NCBI GenBank assembly: GCA_023667015.1 | Contig: JAMPAX010000002.1 | Coordinates: 54,259 to 118,258 of the forward strand | Origin: Muribaculaceae bacterium | GTDB taxonomy: Bacteria; Bacteroidota; Bacteroidia; Bacteroidales; Muribaculaceae | DNA length: 64,000 nucleotides | Direction of reading: 5' to 3' | Part shown: positions 58,471-64,000 of the stretch, one piece after another | Position numbering within the stretch: position 1 is the stretch's first letter | Layout: every line of letters starts with the position of its first letter | Notes under the pieces: model-generated | The model's database searches: none | What the model saw: only the letters and a program-made list of their open reading frames with translations | What the model was told of the DNA's origin: nothing | Program-made: the position numbers and the translations under genes

Positions 58471-58478
58471 TATCTTTG
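58471..58478 (+). promoter_or_regulatory. -7 box TATCTTTG for the 58522 gene
   Basis: TAnnTTTG match 44 bp upstream of the start. Confidence 0.35.
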
Positions 58479-58521
58479 CATCTGCAACAAACGCACCGAC
58501 TGTAAAACTCTTCATATAATT

Positions 58522-59964
58522 ATGAGTCCTAAAATAATTATGAGTCTTAAAAGAACCACAAGCCTTCATCGCATTGCGCTGGCAGCTCTCCTCTTCTGCG
58601 GCTTCAGCCTCTCGATGATGGGTGTCACCAAAGAGGAGATGGAGAAAGCCCGCGCTATCTCTGCCAAGATTTATCTTCGCTGGGCCAACAATGGTTCTGA
58701 CTATCTCGACAAGCAGAACCCCTCAAATGTCTCCGACCTCCAGCTCCGCGAAAAGGAGAAGACCAATATTAAGGCCTTTTTGAGCATCCCCCTTCCCTCC
58801 GACTATTCAAGTTGGGACAAGAAGAAACTCGTAGAATACTGGAGCTCCACAGCCCTATCTACCTCCGGACTTAACGCTGACGGTGTGCGTTCCGGAGCTA
58901 AGAAAGCGATCCGTAGCGCGCTGAACGCCATGAGCGTTGCCGAGCCTGCCCCTGAGGCTGAGGCCCCTGCAAAAGAGCCGGAAGCTGTTGACACCCCTAA
59001 AGTTGCCGAGGATCTTCCTCAGGAGGTAGAACAGCTGACTGAGGTTGTTACTGAAGAAATAGATACAATCGATTCGGCAGCCGTCAACGACTCTCTGCAG
59101 ATTCCTGCCAAGAAAGAGAGCTCCTCCACATGGATCTACGTCGTAGCTCTGGCTCTGCTCGTCATTGCCGTGATCGTTTTAGTTGTCTACGCCTCTAAGA
59201 ATATGAACAAAGGGAACTCCACAGATGAGCCGCACGAAAGAGATACTCGCCACAAAGCCGAGCCTAACGTCTCTGAGCCTGCGAATCGTAAAGAAGAAGT
59301 ATATAAACCCTCAGCTCGCAACACTTCAACAATTCCCACAGACTCCTACGTAGTCACCGCCACGGAGCCGGAAGGTGACACCTCCTCCAGGATGCGTGAA
59401 AAGTTTGCTGAGACCTTGGCGGCCAAGCAGGAGGAAATCCGTATGCTTTCCCGCCGGGTAGAATCCCTCGCTGCAGAAAACAAGTCATTAGCCGAAGAGA
59501 ATGAACGTCTTCAACTTGAGGCGGATCGTCTCCGCAAGGAGAAGGATGATTTGCTCGTAGCCGGACATCCGGCAACGCCTGCTCCGGGCACAACAGCCTC
59601 AACACCATTCTCTTCCAAGGCATCCACAACACCCGAGCCGGGGCGTCCACGAGTGATATACTTAGGACGCGTCAACACCAATGGCATCTTTGTCAGAGCC
59701 GACCGCTCGCTGAATCCCGGCAATTCCATATATACTCTGGAGACCACCGATGGCTTCACCGGCACCTTCCGCGTTGCAGACCATTCGAGTGTATATGATC
59801 TGGTGTTCCCCCGCCCGCAAGAGATGCTCTCCGGAGGATGTGTGGCCATGGACATTACCGACACTAAAGGGCGTAGCCGCATAGAGACAGAATCACCCGG
59901 CACGGCCATCTTCGAAGACAACTGCTGGCGCGTCGTACGCAAAGCCCGCATACGCTATATTTAA
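58522..59964 (+). CDS. Hypothetical membrane protein with central TM and coiled-coil region
   Basis: Signal/TM at N-terminus, TM WIYVVALALLVIAVIVLVVY, coiled coil LAAENKSLAEENERLQLEADRLRKEKDDL. Confidence 0.35.
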   Translation: MSPKIIMSLKRTTSLHRIALAALLFCGFSLSMMGVTKEEMEKARAISAKIYLRWANNGSDYLDKQNPSNVSDLQLREKEKTNIKAFLSIPLPSDYSSWDKKKLVEYWSSTALSTSGLNADGVRSGAKKAIRSALNAMSVAEPAPEAEAPAKEPEAVDTPKVAEDLPQEVEQLTEVVTEEIDTIDSAAVNDSLQIPAKKESSSTWIYVVALALLVIAVIVLVVYASKNMNKGNSTDEPHERDTRHKAEPNVSEPANRKEEVYKPSARNTSTIPTDSYVVTATEPEGDTSSRMREKFAETLAAKQEEIRMLSRRVESLAAENKSLAEENERLQLEADRLRKEKDDLLVAGHPATPAPGTTASTPFSSKASTTPEPGRPRVIYLGRVNTNGIFVRADRSLNPGNSIYTLETTDGFTGTFRVADHSSVYDLVFPRPQEMLSGGCVAMDITDTKGRSRIETESPGTAIFEDNCWRVVRKARIRYI

Positions 59965-60000
59965 AAAGGTTGCCTCTTCGGGCAACCTTTTTAAATAAAG

Positions 60001-60086
60001 CGGGAAATTGGGGATTGGAAATTGTTTAGTTAGGGCTATCCCCTAATTCCTAATTCCTAATTCCTAATTCCTAATTCCTAATTCAA
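60001..60086. repeat. Heptamer microsatellite (CCTAATT) x6 preceded by partially complementary GGGAAATTGGGGATTGG segment and a short palindrome
   Basis: gggaaattggggattggaaattg...ttagggctatcccctaattcctaattcctaattcctaattcctaattcctaattc. Confidence 0.9.
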
Positions 60087-61200
60087 TAAGCTCTGCTGCG
60101 TATTTGGGGGCTATGAAAGTGCCCAACTTGCGACGCAACTGACGACAGCCGGCGAGCTGACCGTCTCGCTGTGGCGAGGGCTGTAATAATGGCGACAACT
60201 CTCGCGAGATAGCCTCCGGCGTACAATAGCACACCAATAACTCCGGCACCATCTCATACCCCACGATCAGATTGGGCAACGAGACATACCTCACCTTCAG
60301 TAATTTCTCCATAATCTTATATGACAGCCTGCTACCATTAGCACGATAGCACACCACCTGTGGCGTGCCGATAAGAGCCGTCTCCAGAGTAGCCGTGCCG
60401 GAGGTCACAAGGGCCGCCTGACTATATTTCAGAAGCGTCGGGGTTGCGTTGAAGACCACGGTGATTCCCGGATCTTGCGCCACCTCCCGATAAAACCTCT
60501 CCGGCATTGCCGGAGCTGCCGCCACTACATACTGGAACTCCGGATAACGCTTGGCTGCCTCAATCATCAACGGGAGATTATTTCGTATTTCTCCACGACG
60601 AGATCCCGGCAGAAGTGCTATCATTGGACGAGAATCGGTGATTCCCTGTCTTTCCAAGAAATGCTTCTTCGGAGCAATATGCCCCAGGGCATTGTCAATC
60701 TCCTCCACTGACGGGTTGCCAACATATTCTACAGCATTGTACCCCCTTTTAGCATAGAACGATGTCTCAAAAGGAAGAATGGAGAGGATACGGTCCACGT
60801 ACTTTTTGATTTGCTTAACCCGATACTCCTTCCAGGCCCAAACTTTAGGAGAGATGAAATACTCTGTGCGTATTCCCAACGAATGAGCATACTTGGCGAG
60901 GGTGAGATTAAAGCCGGGATAGTCCACGAGAATAAGCACGTCCGGGCTGAACTCACGAAGCGTCTTCTTAGCCAGACGCATAGAGCGCCATATAGTAGGA
61001 AGCTTTCGAAATACCTCTGAGAAACCCATGACGTTCATCTCCTTATAATGGAGTGTAGGGGCAACATGCGCCTCAGTAGCCATCCTGTCACCACCGAAAA
61101 ATCGGAATTCCGCCTCCGGATCCTCCTCTCTAAGAGCTTTAATAAGTCGCGAGGCATGAAGGTCTCCACTGGTCTCGCCGGCAATTAGCATATACTTCAT
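60064..61200 (-). CDS. lpxB: Lipid-A-disaccharide synthase
   Basis: N-terminal MKYMLIAGETSGDLHASRLIKAL typical of LpxB; 378 aa. Confidence 0.85.
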   Translation of the reverse strand: MKYMLIAGETSGDLHASRLIKALREEDPEAEFRFFGGDRMATEAHVAPTLHYKEMNVMGFSEVFRKLPTIWRSMRLAKKTLREFSPDVLILVDYPGFNLTLAKYAHSLGIRTEYFISPKVWAWKEYRVKQIKKYVDRILSILPFETSFYAKRGYNAVEYVGNPSVEEIDNALGHIAPKKHFLERQGITDSRPMIALLPGSRRGEIRNNLPLMIEAAKRYPEFQYVVAAAPAMPERFYREVAQDPGITVVFNATPTLLKYSQAALVTSGTATLETALIGTPQVVCYRANGSRLSYKIMEKLLKVRYVSLPNLIVGYEMVPELLVCYCTPEAISRELSPLLQPSPQRDGQLAGCRQLRRKLGTFIAPKYAAELIELGIRN

Positions 61201-61344
61201 TTTCTACAACTCTTCTCTTGTTTCTAATATCGAACTTTTGGGTCTTTCCTCTGCACTATCAGGGCTGTTTTTGCGTTTAAAGATTATAATAGCCTCTGTA
61301 AGATTCCGGCATCGGGTCTGCAATTCCGGCACAACAATATCCAA

Positions 61345-62787
61345 ATGAAGTCATTACGCCTTTTTATAGTCATCATGATAACGTCGGTCGGCATCCTGCT
61401 TAGCGGATGTATCTCCGACGATTTCACTACGTCCTCATCCGACGTCCTTACCTTCTCCACAGACACGGTCAGCTTTGATACTGTCTTCACCGGCATCGGT
61501 ACCCCAACCGCTCGCCTGAAGGTCTACAATCGCGCGAAGAAGTCTATCAACATCTCCTCGATACGGTTTAAGAAATCCGACAGCAACTTCACCTTCAACG
61601 TTGATGGTGTCAGCGGCTCGTCGTTTTCCGACGTCGAGATTCGCGGAGGCGACTCCATATTTATCTTCCTGGAATGCTTTATCCCTGAAAGTGCCTCAAA
61701 GAAGCCCGCCCTCGTGGAAGATGAGCTCCTCTTTCTCACTAACGGAGTTGAGCAAAAGGTATTGTGTGAGGCATGGGGCCAAAACGTAATCCGCATGAAG
61801 AGGACTACTATCGACAAGGATATGACACTTGGCGCAGAGCAGCCCTACGTACTCTTCGATACCATCACCATAGCTCAGGGAGCTACCCTAAAAATAGAGC
61901 CGGGAGCACAAGTGCTCTTCCACGACAAGGCCTTCCTTAACGTCAAGGGACGCATAGAGGCTGTAGGGAAACCCGGCAAGATGATCGACATTCGCGGTGA
62001 CCGCCTTGACAACGTACTCCCCGACGTGGGCTATGACATACTCGCCGGCCAGTGGGGCGGCATACGTATCCATCCGGAAAGCTTCGACAACCGATTGGAA
62101 TACGTCAACATGCGTTCCTCCTCCGCCGGGTTGGTTGTCGATTCGTGCGCAAATCTCGATCAGCGCAAGCTACTTCTCGTCAACTCCTGGCTCCACAACT
62201 GCCAGGCATCGGCACTGAAATCGAGCTATTCGTGGGTTGACTCCTACGGTTGCGTTTTCTCAGAGTCGGCAGATGCTGTAGTCAACCTCACCGGTGGTCG
62301 TCACGAGTTTATACAGTGTACTCTTGCCAACAATTACCTCTTCTCGGCGATATCTCAACCCCTGCTAAGCATCTTTCACTGCATGCCGGACCATTCTGAA
62401 GAAAACTCTCAGCCCCTGATGCAACTAAGCCTTGAGAATTCAATAATCTACGGACTCGCAGGCGATATCAATGAGGGAGATCTCAGCGGCAGTAATGTAT
62501 ATCTAAGGAATGTACTATTGAAATCAAATGGCAATGACGATGACCACTTCATCGACTGCATATGGGGAGAAGACCCTCTATTCTATACTATTAGGGCTGA
62601 TTACTACTTCAATTATCGGGTGAAGGATGATTCGCCGGCTATAGGCGCCGGCAATCCGGCCTTCGTAGGCTCCCTCTGCCGCATAGATATGGATGGACTA
62701 TCCCGATTGGGCAACGGCAATCCCACACTCGGCGCCTACGTCTACACGCCGGAGCCTGCCGGAAGGGCGATTTTCAATCGCCCCTGA
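61345..62787 (+). CDS. Hypothetical lipoprotein (480 aa)
   Basis: Lipobox LLSGC; no recognised domain. Confidence 0.35.
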   Translation: MKSLRLFIVIMITSVGILLSGCISDDFTTSSSDVLTFSTDTVSFDTVFTGIGTPTARLKVYNRAKKSINISSIRFKKSDSNFTFNVDGVSGSSFSDVEIRGGDSIFIFLECFIPESASKKPALVEDELLFLTNGVEQKVLCEAWGQNVIRMKRTTIDKDMTLGAEQPYVLFDTITIAQGATLKIEPGAQVLFHDKAFLNVKGRIEAVGKPGKMIDIRGDRLDNVLPDVGYDILAGQWGGIRIHPESFDNRLEYVNMRSSSAGLVVDSCANLDQRKLLLVNSWLHNCQASALKSSYSWVDSYGCVFSESADAVVNLTGGRHEFIQCTLANNYLFSAISQPLLSIFHCMPDHSEENSQPLMQLSLENSIIYGLAGDINEGDLSGSNVYLRNVLLKSNGNDDDHFIDCIWGEDPLFYTIRADYYFNYRVKDDSPAIGAGNPAFVGSLCRIDMDGLSRLGNGNPTLGAYVYTPEPAGRAIFNRP

Positions 62788-63402
62788 TTACTTAGGTGTG
62801 ACGCCTGTGCTACTGTTGGAAGAGCGATTTTCAATCGCCCCTGATTTCCAAAGGCCTACGGCTGTGGTGCTCGCAGGAACGTTGGCTAATACTGTTGTGC
62901 CGGCGCCTACTATTGCCCAGGCACCTACCTCCACTCCGGGAAGGACTACGGCTCCGGCGCCTATCCAAGCCCCCTCACCGATATTTACACCTCCACACAA
63001 TACAGCTCCGGGACTGATATGCGCGAAGTCGCCGACCCGGCAGTCATGCTCTACAATAGCCCCTGTATTGACTATGGCATGCCTCCCAATCGTGGCATCT
63101 GCTTGAACTCCGGCCATCGGCATTATAGCCGTCCCCCCTCCAATAAGAGCCGTCGGAGAGACATATGCCGCCGGAGAAATCAAAACAGGATAATCAGCCT
63201 CAAGATTCTTGCCGATTATTGAACGGCGCTTATTGTCGCCAATGGCTATAAATAGCGGAGAATCAATACTATCAGGAATCGTAACACCCTCAACTTCGCG
63301 AGTACATTCCTCTTTCCCCAGCATTCCATTGATTGTAATACCAAGGCTATCAGCCAGTTGAGCCACAACCTTAGCATGACCTCCGCTACCAAGAATCTTC
63401 AT
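62788..63402 (-). CDS. Hexapeptide-repeat sugar N/O-acetyltransferase (NeuD/PglD family)
   Basis: N-terminal MKILGSGGHAKVV Rossmann-like region plus C-terminal left-handed beta-helix hexapeptide repeats. Confidence 0.7.
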   Translation of the reverse strand: MKILGSGGHAKVVAQLADSLGITINGMLGKEECTREVEGVTIPDSIDSPLFIAIGDNKRRSIIGKNLEADYPVLISPAAYVSPTALIGGGTAIMPMAGVQADATIGRHAIVNTGAIVEHDCRVGDFAHISPGAVLCGGVNIGEGAWIGAGAVVLPGVEVGAWAIVGAGTTVLANVPASTTAVGLWKSGAIENRSSNSSTGVTPK

Positions 63403-63429
63403 AATCTTTTATAATTTATGAGATGGACT

Positions 63430-63975
63430 CTAAAGGAGTTTAAGATCTCGCAGACGGGGATGGGCGGCATCTTTGCTACTGAGGATAATTTCAGACGGAT
63501 CGAGTTGCCAGTCTATATTCAGGTCGGGATCATCCCAAGCTATAGCCCCCTCAGCTTCCGGGCAGTAGTAATTGTCACACTTATATTCAAAGACAGCAGT
63601 CTCCGACAATACAGCAAATCCATGAGCCATACCGCGAGGAAGGAAAAGCATTCTATGATTTTCATCGGAGAGCTCTACGACGGTATGGCGACCAAAAGTC
63701 GGAGAATCGGGGCGTATATCTACTACCACATCGAGTATCTTACCCCAGGCCACTCTGACGAGCTTAGCCTGAGCATGTTCACCCTTTTGGAAATGCAGTC
63801 CGCGAACCACACCGCGTTGGCTACGACTCTCATTGTCCTGCACAAAGTCTACATCGCCCAATAGTCGCTGACTTTCGCGCCTTGTGAAAGACTCGAAGAA
63901 ATATCCCCGCGAATCTCCAAAAACACGCGGTTCAATAATCACCACTCCGGGAATATTCGTTTCTATCCTACGCAT
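63430..63975 (-). CDS. rfbC: dTDP-4-dehydrorhamnose 3,5-epimerase
   Basis: IPGVVIIEPRVFGDSRGYFFESF N-terminal motif of RmlC; 181 aa. Confidence 0.85.
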   Translation of the reverse strand: MRRIETNIPGVVIIEPRVFGDSRGYFFESFTRRESQRLLGDVDFVQDNESRSQRGVVRGLHFQKGEHAQAKLVRVAWGKILDVVVDIRPDSPTFGRHTVVELSDENHRMLFLPRGMAHGFAVLSETAVFEYKCDNYYCPEAEGAIAWDDPDLNIDWQLDPSEIILSSKDAAHPRLRDLKLL

Positions 63976-64000
63976 AATAGACCTGTTAATAGACTTTTAT

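Noticed and set aside
63418-63864. 148-aa + strand ORF
   Set aside because: Antisense to rfbC, which has a diagnostic N-terminal motif

Overview
This 64 kb window looks like a Bacteroidales chromosome segment (about 50% GC, type V pilus genes, SusC/SusD, T9SS C-terminal sorting domains, the Bacteroidetes TAnnTTTG -7 promoter motif). Reading left to right: two tandem DUF1573 lipoproteins; tRNA-Pro(UGG); an amidase plus small lipoprotein pair that looks like an orphan lysis cassette; a complete minus-strand Mfa-like (type V) pilus operon (DUF3575, DUF3868, Mfa1-like major subunit, Mfa2-like anchor, accessory fimbrillin, a 1138-aa tip-like protein); SecDF; an Ig-like lipoprotein; the frdCAB fumarate reductase operon; tRNA-Arg(UCU); housekeeping genes (LRR protein, tsaE, TrmH-family methyltransferase, birA, membrane proteins, a saccharopine-dehydrogenase-family gene coupled to a GH31). 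Then comes an approximately 8.7 kb island that encodes only phage head-morphogenesis and DNA-packaging functions (acidic scaffold-like protein, putative major capsid, possible TerS, TerL, portal) and has no integrase, replication, tail or lysis genes; this is the most interesting feature and is a candidate capsid-forming satellite or domesticated packaging element. After it lie a beta-glucan polysaccharide utilization locus (Y_Y_Y/LuxR one-component regulator, SusC, SusD, SGBP-like protein, GH16, GH3, unknown protein, GH-A clan hydrolase), in which four secreted proteins carry T9SS C-terminal domains, then pckA, lpxB and the start of a sugar-nucleotide/acetyltransferase cluster (NeuD/PglD-like acetyltransferase, rfbC). 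Non-coding structure is rich: a dispersed imperfect-palindrome family (TAAGTAG...CTACTTA, 4 copies, two immediately after tRNA genes), several G-rich heptamer microsatellites with G-quadruplex potential at gene 3' ends, other short tandem repeats with about 10-bp periodicity in intergenic DNA, many strong hairpin terminators, and a recurrent extended -7 promoter box TAATTTTGCA. No CRISPR arrays or rRNA were seen. All protein calls rest on motif recognition and context only; no searches were run.
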